From positions 16,962,567 through 17,026,566 of the forward strand of contig MU054541.1 of NCBI GenBank assembly GCA_013239625.1: DNA of 64,000 nt, in the 5' to 3' direction. Under the pieces are notes generated by a model, which was not told where the DNA came from, ran no database searches, and worked only from the letters and a program-made list of their open reading frames with translations. This document shows, piece by piece, positions 1 through 12,277 of this stretch (positions within the stretch are counted from its first letter, which is position 1; each line of letters starts with the position of its first letter). This stretch comes from Lama guanicoe. Its lineage: Eukaryota. Made by a program: the position numbers and the translations under genes.

Positions 1-2359
1 CTGCCTTTCTGTTTCATTTTCAGGGAAATGGAACCCTTGGGCTGCAGAGCTGGAGCGTGGTTTTGTTGTGTCTGAGACTGCTTTCAATTTCAGCAGTTGC
101 GGGGTAAATAAGCCACTGTGTACTTGGGAAAAACACTGGCAGAAAAGTAGAATGGTAGAGCCTCTCGCTTTTCATTGCTAGTGAGATTTCCCAACTGAAG
201 CTACTCTGTTCTGTTTTGCCTCTGGCTAACATCTCGAGATCAGTCATAAAGTTCCATGCAAATACTTTCATGTATTAAAAGAACAATATTTTGACACTCA
301 TTGACACTGCAAAAAAAACACAACACTAAATTAGTGTTCAGGAAAACAATGAAGTCCTTGTTCATTCACATGAGACGAAGGTGAAGACGTCGGGTGGTGC
401 CAGCAGGAAAGATGGCCCCTCGGCTCTGCACCTTCAGCGCTTGCTGGTGTCTCCTGGGAGTAGACGGCCTTTTGTTGCGATTAACGCATCTTGAGCGGTC
501 ACTGACACCTGTCGGACTGTTGAAAGTTTTAGTCCCCAAAAACAGACGTGTACTCTTCAGAATCTGGTTATCTGCATAGAGCTTCCCTACAGGTTTTGTT
601 TGTTTTGGCTGGTTTTGCAGGGGAAGTGTTTTAGAATTTTTAAGTACTTGATTATGTTAAATATTTTGAAAATATCAATTCAGCTTATCAAAGGCTTGTT
701 TTTCTAGATTTCATCTAAAGTTATAAAGACGCAAAAAAAAAAAAAACCTCCCATCACGGTCTGCGTGGTTTTAAAAGAGTCAAACTTTTAGGAGCACTCT
801 TGATTTTTTTTTTTTTAATTTGGAGAGCATGAAGGAGCTTCTGGTCTAATTTTCAGCGGTGTGGAGGGCATACTCTCTCTGAAAAACTACTGTGTTTTCA
901 CGTGTAGTGGAATTCCTGGCCACCCCCGCTCCACATCCCTAGGCTCAAATGTGACTGTTTCAAGAAACGTTTTCTTAAATATAACTGGCTTCCCTTCGCG
1001 TCTCTCCAGGCAAGGGCGGTGCTGAGTCAGCATCCAGGAAGTAACGACGACGCTCGTGGGTGAGACCAGGCTGGTAGGAGCAGTCTGGCCCCCCAGAGGA
1101 ACCAAGCTTGTATGCTGTTTATGCTGGGGAATTTTATATTTAGCAACCAGACATTAAAGGCAGGATGATTAAATCTCAGTCTGTTCAAGCACAGTTTTGA
1201 GAGTGCCGAGTGGGAGAGCGGCCTTTGAGTTGAGGTCTGGATCTCTGTGAACGAGGACGTTGTGGGCAGACACGTTTGGGATGGGCCGAGAGGACACCAG
1301 ACCCCTATCACAAATACCACGCATGCCCGGGCCTGCAGACCTCGTGGGAGCTGGGGGACGCGCCGTCACCGCGCCCACGGGGCTGAGAAGCAGAGGGTCG
1401 GACCTTGTGATCGCCTGTAACCGTAAGGAGCAGGAAACGAAGCCGTACACCTGTGACCGCGTCCCTGTGCCGTGCGCCGGAAACGAACACACTGTCGGCC
1501 ACCTATACTTCAATTAAATAATTTTAAGAGAAAAGGAAGGTTATGGGAAAAACTGGAAAAGGGGAAAAAAAGCAGAAGGTGGGGAATTCCCTGGAGCACC
1601 CCTTTGCTGTGACCCCCGCCTCCCCCTCGCGCTCCCGCACCCCCTCCGGCGGTGCCCGTCCCGTGAGCTCGTGCTCCTCGGCTGCCGCGGTCCTCCCGGG
1701 GGGCCCGAGGTCCGGGGGCTGCCGCACCCCTTGGAACTGCCTCCTGGAGCCCGACGGCCGGCTGGGCCCGCACACGCAGACCGACAAGGTGCTGGCGTCG
1801 TGCTTGGACCCAGCCATCTTCATCCGAGGCTGGCGGCACCCAGGGCAGAACTGACCCAGAGAGATTCAGGTGGGGTAGGGGCTCTGTAGCTGGGCAGAGG
1901 GCTCCGCTTTCCCGGGCTCTGCGCGCCTCTCCCTTGACCCCCGCCCACCCAGGCCGGTGGTACCCATCTCCCCTCCTCTCCACCCAGGCAGCCCCCCACC
2001 CCCACCCTGGGCTCTGCGGTGCGGCTTCTCCCACAGGCCTCCCACGCGACAGTCATGCAGCCCCGCCCAGCGTGGCCCTGTGCACTCAGACTCTCGAGAC
2101 CCTGCTGGGCCCAGAACGTGTCAGGTGTCCATCCCTGAGAAGGGAGCTGGAGGCGGGAGGCACGGGGCCGCCCTCCTGGCAGGCACGCTCCTCCGCAGGG
2201 CAGTGGGTGGGATGGCTGCTTAGCGTGAAGGTGTCTGAAAGCTTCCCTGCCTGGTGTCTCCTGGGTGCTCCCTGGGGTTCGTCTCAGAAGTTCTTCCTTA
2301 CATCAGATGTTGGACTTCTAGAACCCTTTTCCCGCGTAAACGTTGGAAGTCCGTCAGGC

Positions 2360-2450
2360 AGACGTGGCATCTCCCTTCTCTGTCCCTGCCTGGCATCCTC
2401 CCCAGCTCTGGCACAGTGCCTGGCCCCTCGCAGGCATTGCGTAAATCCCC
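2360..2450 (+). mobile_element. L2 LINE 3'-end fragment
   Basis: ccccagctctggcacagtgcctggcccctcgcaggcattgcgtaaat resembles the L2 tail ccccagcgcctagcacagtgcctggcacatagtaggcgctcaataaat. Confidence 0.55.
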
Positions 2451-2559
2451 TTGGCGGAGTGGCCTGGTCCCCAGGTAGCTCACAGACATCCATGCAGCTG
2501 CGCTAACAGCCACTGGTAACAGAGTTCCACAGCCTCGCACGTTAGTGTAATGCAGTCAA

Positions 2560-2735
2560 GAGAAGACTAAGCTGGGACAGAGCCTGTGGTCCCGCCGCTG
2601 GCTCGGCTAGGTGTGTGACTTTAGGCGGATCACATTGTCTCCCAGCTTTCAGCTGTTTACCTGCCTTTTAAATGAGTTGCACCGAATGAGGCCATCTCCA
2701 AGGTCCCTTCCAGCTGCACGATTCTGCGGCCCTGA
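2560..2735 (+). mobile_element. MIR3/MIRc-type SINE
   Basis: gtgtgactttaggcggatcac core and 3' end atctccaaggtcccttccagctgcacgattctg, matching the MIR3 tail gatctctaaggtcccttccagctct. Confidence 0.65.
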
Positions 2736-2934
2736 CTGACAGAGTCAGGAGTAAATTCACTCCACTCTTAGGCCCTATCTCCCCATGCTGCGTCTGGACG
2801 CGAGGGTGCTCATGGAGACGAGCTGGGTTCTCCCGGCCCCAGAGCCCTCTCCAGCCGTGTCATCTCTGTTGCCTGTGTCACCGCCGTCATGGGAGATACA
2901 GTCCTCGAGCACTGTCCCAGGACCTCTTCCTCTG

Positions 2935-3020
2935 TTAACTGATTTCATCCTGAAAACAACCCTTTGAGGTCGGTACCACGATTGTCCTCATTTTTGAGGC
3001 ACTGGGAGACCAAGGACCTT
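2935..3020 (-). mobile_element. MIR fragment
   Basis: catcctgaaaacaaccctttgaggtcggtaccacgattgtcctcatttt matches antisense MIR aatcctcacaacaaccctatgaggtaggtactattattatccccatttt. Confidence 0.65.
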
Positions 3021-3049
3021 TTCAGAAGTTGCTCTCCAAGCGGCTCACG

Positions 3050-3237
3050 AAGCCTGAGCTCCAGTGTGGTCCCCAAGCCAGCGCATCAGCTTTGCCCTGG
3101 AACTCATTAGAAATGCAAGTTTTCAGGCCTCACCCCAGGCCTATGGAATCAGCACGTCTGGGGCCAGAGGAGACCAGCAGTCCACGTTTTGACCTTCCAG
3201 ACGGTTCTAATGCAGCTAAAATTCGAGAGCTCCTGCC
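3050..3237. mobile_element. MER5A (hAT-Charlie non-autonomous DNA transposon)
   Basis: agtgtggtcccc..cagcgcatcagc..ggaactcattagaaatgcaagttttcaggcctcaccccaggcctatggaatcag..ttctaatgcagctaaaattcgaga follows the MER5A consensus throughout. Confidence 0.8.
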
Positions 3238-3619
3238 TCTGGGTTAGCCCTGCACATCGACCTGCCCTCAGCGGTTCTCTGGGCGTTGACTCCCCGGTGT
3301 CCCAAAGCCAAGGGTGTGGCATCACTGCCATTTGTACATAGAGGACGCAAGCCTTCAGGTGTCAGACAGTCCTAACGTGGGAGCTGGTCACGCTGCTTGT
3401 CCAGCTCTCTGAGTTGGCACTGCTGGTGGAATCAGTCCAGGAAAAGTCAGGAGGCAGAGACACTTGCAGAGGAGTGGGGAGCGGGGACTTGTCCAGCGGT
3501 GCTGCGGCGGTGCAGGGGCTGCCTCCACGGTGTCCCGGCGGGATCTTCTGACGGCCGAGTGGCAGGGGGAGGGCAGTGCACCTTGTGGGCGTCAGCGTGC
3601 CGTCCTTCGCGGGGCCACT

Positions 3620-3897
3620 CTGTGCTCCGCACTGTCCCAGGAGTGCTCACGCACAGCACTGAGCATCCAGAGCCCAGTCTGAACTGAATATGCACGCTGG
3701 ACTTCAAACGCTTAGTACACAGAAAAATGATGTAAAATACCTTGATAAGAGTGCACTGAAGTGAGAGTGTACTTATTGTATGTATTGTGTTAAGTAAAAC
3801 ATTAAAATTAGTGTCACCTTTTTACTTTTAAAATGTGGCTGATAGACACCGTAGATTGCAGACGTGGCTTCCATCGTGTCTCTGCTGGGCAGCACTG
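3620..3897. mobile_element. MER33 (hAT-Charlie DNA transposon)
   Basis: ggacttcaaacgcttagtacacagaaaaatgatgtaaaatacct...attaaaattagtgtcacctttttacttttaaaatgtggct...gggcagcactg matches the MER33 body and terminal repeat. Confidence 0.7.
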
Positions 3898-5902
3898 TGT
3901 TAGCGAGACTAAGCGTGCGACGTCCCGCCTGCACTTCCCCGGGTGCACGTGTGTGGTGCGTGTGCAGTTTGCAGTTGCAGGTAACGACGGTGGTCAGCGC
4001 TGGAAGCGAGACGTCGAGGGCGAGGCGGGACCTGTTACTCAAGGGAGCCAGAACCAGCCCCAAAGCTGGATTCCAAAGGTCAGAGTCAGACGGAGGCAGG
4101 GCCAGGTGGTGGGGATGGGTTCGGGGGGCCAGGCTCCAGAAGAGTCCGAGCTGGCTCCCCGGAGTGCGTGGGGGTGGCTGGGGCCACGAGCGGGGAGTGG
4201 GCGGCCGGGGGTGTGGGGACACGCCCCGCCACACCCCAGAGCTTTTCTGCTGCTCCCGCTGGGCTGGGAGCCGCGTCTCAGTGGCTCACCTGGGCCTGTG
4301 AGTGGGCGCAGGTAACTGGAAACACCTGGCTGAGGTAGGAGGCTGGGCCGGCTCCAGGGAGCAACCTCTTCTGGGAAGTGTGTTGTGACAATGGTGGTAT
4401 CAGGGCCAAGTCTGAGCATTTGTTAAGTCGCAGGGACCTAAGTGCGACTCCATGTCCCAGTCCTGGACCGTGAAGTGTCGCTGCCTTCTTATAACCCCGC
4501 CCCCGCCTGGGGTCAAAGGGAAACGCAGCCGTCCATTCAGGGAAACCACAGGCTGAAGTGCTTGAATTAGAGGCAAATGCAGGCGCCATGGCTCTACTGA
4601 AACCGCCAAGCGAGGACGGCCCGCCCACCCAGACTGCCCTCTCGCAGGGGTTCGGTGCCCTCTTCCCACGGGGGAGCTGTTTCCTTGGGCTGGATCTGGG
4701 CTGACCTGTAACCAGCAGTACGTGGGGAAGGTGGCCCTGGGGCACTTCCAGGCCAAGGCCTCGTGGGGCCATTGGAGGCCGTGCAGCTTGTTTTGTACAG
4801 AAATGGGGGCTGGATCCGACGAGAGACAGGGGCCCGTGGAGAGCTGAGGCCCCTGGCAGCAAGCATGCAGGTAGCCCCGGCCGGTCACCGCGGCCAGCGG
4901 CATGGGGAGGGGCGAGCGACCCCAGCCCTCCGGACCCTGAGCAGCAGGGAGGTTTAGGCCAGCGTTTCGGGAGCCACGGAGGACACCTGGACATCCTTGG
5001 TTCCTGTGAACGTTCCTCATTGTTCCTTTCACACGTCGTCTCACAGTCACATGACCTGGACGCACAGACTTGCTTTGCACTCAGAGTGCGTCGTGCTGAG
5101 CGCACCCACGTGTCTGTGGAAGAGGCTCACGTTGACCTCCAGTCCCGAAAGTCCCACAGAGCAGAGTTCCATCGGGCAGAGCGTGCCTGATTTCCACCAC
5201 GGCATGGCAGGGAGCTCTGCGGGAGGAGAGGCCAGGCCCGCCGTCCCAGGCACAGCCCCCTGGCTGAGGGCACTCGGCGTGGACTTCACGCCCCGGGACC
5301 CCTGGGCTGTCCTGGGCCACGCTCAGCGTCACGGGGCCGGAGGCAGAGAGTGCAGTGGGGTGGGTGCGGGTGGAGAGAAGGTCGAAGGGGCTGCGAGCTG
5401 CCCCCCTGCAGGTCCCTGCTCCTCCGTGCTCAGCCGGCAGCAAATGTCCAGCAGTAATGGGGAAGGTGAGTGGGTGTGGGAGAGGCCACGAGGAGGAGAG
5501 AATGGGAACGCGTCCCGCGGAGCAGCACAGAGGGAAACACCTGGACTCAAAGAAATGAGAGGCAGCGCAGTTTTGTTCCATCTGCTGAAAGTCAGAGCAG
5601 GTGAACGAGAGCCCATGGGCCAGTCCTCGGTTTCATGAATCGTGTTTCCTCGGCGCGTGGTCACACCCACTGGTTTGTGTCCCTGGCTGCTTCTGTGCCC
5701 CAGCAGGAGAGGTGATCAGTGGTGTGAGATGTGTGCGGCCTGCAAGCCTGGAGTGTTTACTCTCTGGTGCTTTAAGAAAACGTTTGCAGACCCCTGACTT
5801 AAAGGAAATAAATGAAAGAGTTAAGCTAGAGGTGATCAGGAAAGATGTGGACAAGGAAAAGAAGATCATTCTAGAGACTGAAGCCACATTAGCAAGAAAA
5901 TT

Positions 5903-6380
5903 TAAGAAGTTATGGTATATTTACATAATGGAATACTACTCAGCCATAAAAATGAAATAATGCCATTTGCTGCAACATGGATGGACCTGGAGATCGTCAT
6001 TCTAAGTGAAGTAAGCCAGAAAGAGAAAGAAAAATATATGATATTACTTATATGTGAAATCTTAAAAAAAAAGACACAAGTGAACTTATTTACAAAATAG
6101 AAACAGACTCACAGACATAGAAAACAAACTTATGGTGACCAGGGGAAAGCGGGTGGGAAGGGATAAACTGGGAGTTGGAGATTTGCAGATGCTAACTACT
6201 CTGTATAAAATAGATAAACAACAAGTTTCAACAACAAGTGTCTTATAGTAACCTGTAATGAAAAAGAATATGAAAATGAACACATGTGTGTATGTGAATG
6301 GCTGAAACACGCTGTCCACCAGAAACTAACATGCTGTAAATGGACTGTACTTCAATGAAAAAATTTAAAAATAAAAATAA
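5903..6380 (+). mobile_element. Relatively young 5'-truncated L1 (ORF2 C-terminus, 3'UTR, A-rich tail), artiodactyl/camelid type
   Basis: Encodes KKLWYIYIMEYYSAIK and MPFAATWMDLEIVILSEVSQKEK (L1 ORF2p end); 3'UTR gaacttatttacaaaatagaaacagactcacagacatagaaaacaaacttatgg; ends in an A-rich tail. Confidence 0.93.
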
Positions 6381-9156
6381 ATGTGAGTCAAAACAGCCAG
6401 ATGAGCAAGCAGCAGGAAGTCCCCTGAAGTGATGTGGGAAGGAGCAGAAATATGATGAGGCAGGAGGCATAGACGGGGGAGGCAGAAGGAAAGGAGCCTG
6501 GAAAGGAGACGGGCACGCGGGGGAGAGATGTGCTCAAGCAGAAGAAGTAAACACGTGGACAGAGCCAGGTGGCGGCCCAGAAGCCACTTCAGAACGGCCA
6601 GCCCAGGACGGGAGCATCAGGCTTCGTACTGCTCCACAGCCCAGCGACCTGCGGGCAGCGCCTCTGCTGGCCAGGTGCCGGCCCGGCCTCTTTCCACGCG
6701 TGTGGCATCAGCGTCGAAGGCTGTGCTCACAGCAAGGGCTGGGTAGCTTCCCAAGTTGCCTTTTACTACGTTTGGTGTTTTTATCAGTTTGTTATCTAAT
6801 GATTTTTTTCCTGCCCAAAACTCTGTGTCTTTAAAACGGCTGGAAGGGCCTTAATCAAAGGGATCCACGAGCCAGTGTTTTGGCCTGTGAATGAATTGAT
6901 AGATTGAGTGGCTGGTTTCACACTGATGATTTTCTTGATACACTGCCCTTGTTGGTCATTCGGCACCTGTTTGCAACCACGTCAGCGTGAGGGGTCCTTC
7001 CCCGGCTAACCCTCAGTCCAACCTGTGTGGTCCCACGAAGTGCGAGGCCCGGCCCGGGGCTACTTGAAGTCCGGCTTCTGACAGAAAACACCAGGCGGTC
7101 ATGCTGAAGGCGGCTCCTGAGCAAGGCTGACAGAGCCAGCCGTGGGGACTGATCCACCCTGGGAATCCTCTCTTGGGAGTTTTCATTTCCGTTTGTTCAG
7201 GGGCCTGTGATCTTCGCTGGGATGATTTCGTCGGCACTGTTCCCGCTTACACTGCGTGGCGGTGTGTTCAGATTGCTTCTGACAGTAGCCCGTAAAGCAG
7301 GCGCGGGGCTGAAACGGCCGCCACCAGATAAACACGGTTAAACATAAGCTTGGTTAACAAACCTGCTCTCCACGGATGGCAGCTCAGTTAATCAGTGTCC
7401 GCGGCTCGGATACTGAGCTGGAGGTTAATGGCGAGGTGGAAGCAGTTGTCGAATCCAGGTTTTTAAGACAAACACACCTCACACCCCGAAAGGCATGCGT
7501 GGAATCAGGCGTGGTCACCGGGCTGTGCTGGTGCACTTGGCAGTTCTCCTCCAGTGGCCTGGCGGTGAGCCGCCCGAGCCACCAAGTCAAGGAAAGAGGA
7601 GGACCTTCACTGCCCGCTTCCGCGTTCGTGATCTGAATGGCCAAAGAGTCGCTCGGGGGCAGCAGCGTTTGGGGAGGGGGGGTTTAAATGGAAGTTTTCT
7701 TTTGACTTCTCTAAATCAGACCTGTAAACCAGCTAGGTTAGTGACAGTGACAAGAGAGCACACGTCTGAACTGAGCAAACTCTCACAGCCGTCTGGACGT
7801 CACCGTCCGACGTCGGGGACTTGGGAGGCAGGTTTCCCCGGCTCTGTGTGCCTTAAAGGCGAGATGCCACATGTGAGGCGTGGTTCGAAAGCCGCACTGT
7901 TTGTTTGCCGTTCAGGGACATTTTTATGTGGAAGAGTCCCAAGCCATGGTACATTCCTCAACTGATTGTCCCCCCTCCGCCGTGGGATGGACGAAAAATA
8001 AAAAACAGGCCATGTTTTTGCTCCACTGGTGATCTGGTCAGGGCTGAGAGCAAACACGTGCTGAGGAGGTGGGTCGGTCAGTCGTGGCCCCCGGGGCCCT
8101 GACGGGATATGGGACGATGCCGTCTTTTGCCTCGTTCCTTGAGAGCCGAGTCGGCGCGGGGAAACTGACGTCTAAGACACGCGGCCCCAGATCGTTTCTC
8201 TAGGCACGAGCCAGGGCTGGTGGCGATGTGATCTCAGGCTGTGGCCTGGCCGGGTCCTGGCTCAGATGTCCAGCATGTGGTCAGGAAGGTGGGGAGAGGT
8301 GAGCTTCGCCTGGCTTGTGCCATCCATCAGGGAGGAAATGGACCAGACCCACGTGTGCAGCTGCAAGGGGGCCGAGCACTGGGCGCTTCCCACACAAGGG
8401 CCTTTGTGTCCCAGACAAGGTCTAGCACCGCGACGGGCCTCGGCTGTGCGGCAAATTCCTGATCGCGATCAGTCCAGGACACACGGTCATTCATCTTCTA
8501 ACCCCGAGTGTCACCTGACCGCTCAATAACCACCCATTATGCTCGGTGGAAATTTAAACAAAGCCCTTTTCCCTCTGTTGAAACCAGGAATCCCTTCAGT
8601 AATAACAAATAAATCTGGAGTCGTATGTCCTTCCCTTCTCTGTCCCAGACTGGGGTCTGGGACGCTGTGAACTTTAAAGGAAATGCCTAGAAATGGAGAG
8701 GTCAAAGGCCGCAGATCGTCTGAGGAGAAGGAAAGAGCAGGTCCTCGGTGCCCAGGCCTGTGGAAGTGAGAGGCTCCCTCTGACCGCGACGCCCCTGGGG
8801 CTGGGACCAGCACGCGGGAGCTTGTGCCGGCGTGTGAAGTCGTCCGCCACCAGCCAGGAGCCGTGTGTTCCCTTTGCTCTTAGCAGCCCCTTGCTTTCTC
8901 TCTCGTGGCTGAAGATACGATTTCTTCAAGACCGTTCTAGCACAACATAGCATCTCAAAAGAAATGAAATAAGCTGAGCAGTCCTGAAAGACCTGTTTGA
9001 AATGTTATTTTTAGACTGGAAATTTGAGGAAAACACATTTAATTATATATACTGATCCCTCAGAAAAATGTTCAAATAGGAATTCTAGCCAGAAGCATAA
9101 TTTAATTTTTCCTAAAAGCTTTGAAAATATTTTGAAGAAAACCAAAACACATCTGC

Positions 9157-9177
9157 GTGTGTGTGTGTGTGTGTGTG
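9157..9177. repeat. (GT)n microsatellite, about 10 units
   Basis: gtgtgtgtgtgtgtgtgtgtg with degenerate GTGA continuation to ~9195. Confidence 0.9.
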
Positions 9178-9557
9178 CTCGTGTGAGTGTGAGTGGGAGG
9201 CAGAGGCTCAGCTTGGCTGGGGAGGTGACCACAGGGCAGCTCGGCCCCAGAGACACCCACGTGCCGTGTGTTGTCACAGGGAGACCCGGCGAGACCAGGG
9301 GTCCACGGCAGGGCCCAGACGGGTTCTGGGAAGGGGTCCACCAGGGCGGGAACACAGACACCAGGAGGGGCCCCACGGCCTCCGACCAGGTGCCCACGAC
9401 AGAGGGGTCTCTTGGGGCGTCGCAGCAGAGCGCCCGGGCCCAGGCTAGGCAGTGCGCGGTCCGCAGACCCGTGCTGGTGGGTGGCCCCGATGCGGCGCAC
9501 GTGCTGTGCCTTTCTGCATCTCATCGGGCTTTGGCACTAATATAATTCATGAAAAGG

Positions 9558-9800
9558 GTTTTTATTTTGTTTTTTATTGACGTGTAGTCGATTTACAATG
9601 TTCGTTTCAGGTGCACAGAAAAGCAATTCAGTTACACACGTCCACACATACACACATGTATTTCCAGGTTCTTCTCCACTGAGCTTATTTCAAGAAACCG
9701 AGTGTAGCTCCCTGGGCTGCGCAGCAGGCCCTGCTGTTTGTCTGTTTATGTGTAGTCGTGTGTACCTGTTAGTCCCGAAGTCCTCATCTGTCCCTCCCCT
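9558..9800 (-). mobile_element. L1 3'UTR fragment (artiodactyl type), older and GC-shifted
   Basis: ttttttattgacgtgtagtcgatttacaatgttcgtttcaggtgcacagaaaagcaattcagtta...gtagctccctgggctgcgcagcagg is the reverse of the same 3'UTR type seen at 5903-6380. Confidence 0.85.
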
Positions 9801-11450
9801 CGTGCACAACTTTAAAAGCACTGTGGCTGAATTCATCAGCTGTGGCCTCTCGGCGCCGAATGGAAGGGCAGACCTTTCACTGGCGTGTACTAAACTCTGC
9901 GGCGAGTCAGTGTCGCCCGTCGCTTTTCAGCGTCGCTGTCCCTCTGCGAGTGCCGCGTCCCCGAGGCCTATGGAATGGCCGGGAATCTCATCTTCCTTAG
10001 AACAAAAATGCAAACCATTCACGAGAAAAATGCCGTAAATTCAGGTGAATACAGAGGAATTAAACTTTGTTGGCTGCGTTTTCTGGAAGAAAGTAAGTTG
10101 CTTCATTGATTCCAGAAACCTGTTCCTCAGCTTCCCCGTAGCAGCTGGGGACACTGTCTGACTGTTTTCTTTAAACGTTAGAACAAGAGTTCCGTGACAT
10201 GATTTGGGGGACTGTTCCAATGAGGTGCTTATCGGTTTGACCTACTTTGTTTTGAAAAGTGGGTGGGGGGTAATGATAAAAACATTGATTTTTTTTTTTT
10301 GGTCTTAGATTTTTCCTAGAGACAGCTGTCAGATACCAGCTGAAATCCTCATCTTCTGTCGTGTAAACAAAATCTTTGAAATCAGCGTGCCGTTCCAGGT
10401 GCTGGGGGAGGGTCTCCGCCTCGTGGGACCCTGATTTGGGTCTGACGTGTGCAGCCACGCGCTGCCCACTAGACTTCCTGGTCCCCTTGAAACAGCGGGT
10501 CTGCGTGACGCCCCCACCGAGCCGAACCTCAGACGCTGTGGCTGAAGCCCTGACTCCGCGCACACGTCTTCACCTCCATGTAACTTGTTAACAGCGGTCG
10601 TGCCCCTTGTACCTGAGTGTTTCTCCCTTAAGGTTCTCGATTATCTTGCTTTGGGATGTCACCATGTTGGTAAATTTCCATCTTCATTGCTAAGAACTCT
10701 GGTTCTGCTTTTGAGGATGACTATGTGTCCTGAAGTGATGCTCCCTTACATCCTGTCCACGACACGAAGGAGAATCAGGCAAGGCTCTTTAAACTCTGAT
10801 TTTCTTAAAGGGACTCTGAAAGGTTATCCACTGCACATGCTCGTCAATGTCTGGTTCCTTCAACCTGTGGTCCAGGGCCTGCTGCGTGCGGTTCCCCTGG
10901 TGCCCCAGACCGACGAGATGCTGCCGCATGCTCACCCCCAGCCTACGGCGTCCGGGCTGGGATGTCCCCAGGCGATCCTGACGCAGCTGAGAGCTGAGAG
11001 CCAGGACTGTTCGCGGTGGTCAGAATAGTGTATTAAGTTCATGGTCATCGTCTGGATACACGGGTTAGAGTGTCTAACCCAGGAGGCAGCAGACCTCGGT
11101 GGCCAGAGTCGCCGCCCTGGAACCCGAGGGGGTGACACTTAGGAGCCACGGGTCAGCAGCAGTGAACGCGGCTTCCCAGAGGGGCAGCTGCGCCAGCTGG
11201 GGCCGGTCAGATTGCTGCTTTGCTTTGCTTCGGTGTTGGCTCCTTCGAAGCCTTGCGCCAGCCCTACGGGAGGACCTCTGGTCTCCCGCCGCCCTGTCGG
11301 GACTAGCGAGTGCGGACAGACCCCTGCAGAGGGGTCTCTGGCCCAGGCGGGCCACCTTTCCCCTCGTCCGCACCCAGCTGTGCGCACTGACAGCAGCACC
11401 CCCCCCCCGGGGCGTCAGGCACTCCTGTAACGGGTCTGCTCTCGTTCCAG

Positions 11451-11569
11451 GCCATGTGGCTGATGCTGCAGAGCGACGAGCCAGAGGACTTCGTCATAGC
11501 CACCGGGGAGGTCCACAGCGTCCGGGAGTTCGTGGAGAAGTCGTTTCTGCACATCGGGAAGACCATCGT
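11451..11569 (+). CDS. GMDS: GDP-mannose 4,6-dehydratase internal coding exon (exon 8 by human numbering), 119 nt, starts phase 0, ends phase 2
   Basis: Translates [39 protein letters not shown]+GT, recognisably the GMD motif [18 protein letters not shown]. Acceptor ctgctctcgttccAG ends at 11450, possible branch site gTAAc at ~11427-11431, donor GTGAGT at 11570. Not in the ORF track because it is too short. Confidence 0.97.
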
Positions 11570-11899
11570 GTGAGTGAGCCCGAGGCCAGCCTCTGTCCCC
11601 GGCAGACATCCGCGCGCGCTCAACCCCTGTTCTGTCTTTTCCTCTTTGCTGTCTCGTAAAAGTGCGAAGCGGGGACTCTGCTCCCGTTAAAGTCTGTGTC
11701 TAGAGTTGTCACCATCTAAGCTCAGTCTTCTAAGAATTTTTTTATCTTTTTAATTTTTTAATGTATTTTTAAGATCTTTAACTTTTTAATTTAAAAAATC
11801 TTATCATGGTTCATATACGTGGTTTACTATGATTTTACTATCAGTAATTCTACCCTTAACACATCCGTGTGATCATGTTACACAAGTTTTTAATACTTC

Positions 11900-12120
11900 T
11901 GCTTTATATTTTTAAAGTATGAAACCATACGAAAGCTTCAAATACATCACCAGCAAATTCCTTTTCTCTGAACCACTGAGAGTAGGTTGCCGACCGGAGG
12001 CCCCGTCACCATCCACTTCTGCGTGTCCCCCACTGTCCGCGTGACCGCAGCACAGCCAGCCACATCAGGAACTTCGCACCCATGGGTTCTGGCGGTCTGA
12101 GCTGCGGGCCTCACACGGCT
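11900..12120 (-). mobile_element. Old L1 3' end (L1MC4/L1MC5-like)
   Basis: ctctgaaccactgagagtaggttgccgac...cacatcaggaacttcgcac resembles ctgaaccatttgagagtaagttgcagac...aaatcaggaaatttaac. Confidence 0.55.
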
Positions 12121-12277
12121 GCTGCCGGCTGGGCCAGCGCTGCGCTTTATACCAAATGATCACGTACAACGTCTGCTTGCTGCGGTGCACACATTTTGAA
12201 GTCAGATTTTTATTGGAATATTTGAAAGATTGGGGGGAAATCTTCGTTATAGGTGAAAGATTCTTCTTTTCTGGTGA

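Larger units (their letters stand above)
1..11450 (+). other. GMDS: 3' part of the GMDS intron preceding the 119-nt exon (intron 7)
   Basis: No upstream GMDS exon (e.g. a RDWGHAKDYVE-type peptide) seen; ends in a canonical acceptor. Confidence 0.85.

Noticed and set aside
5601-6100. ORFs ending in KKLWYIYIMEYYSAIK and MPFAATWMDLE as a host gene
   Set aside because: Frameshifted C-terminus of L1 ORF2p in a truncated insertion.
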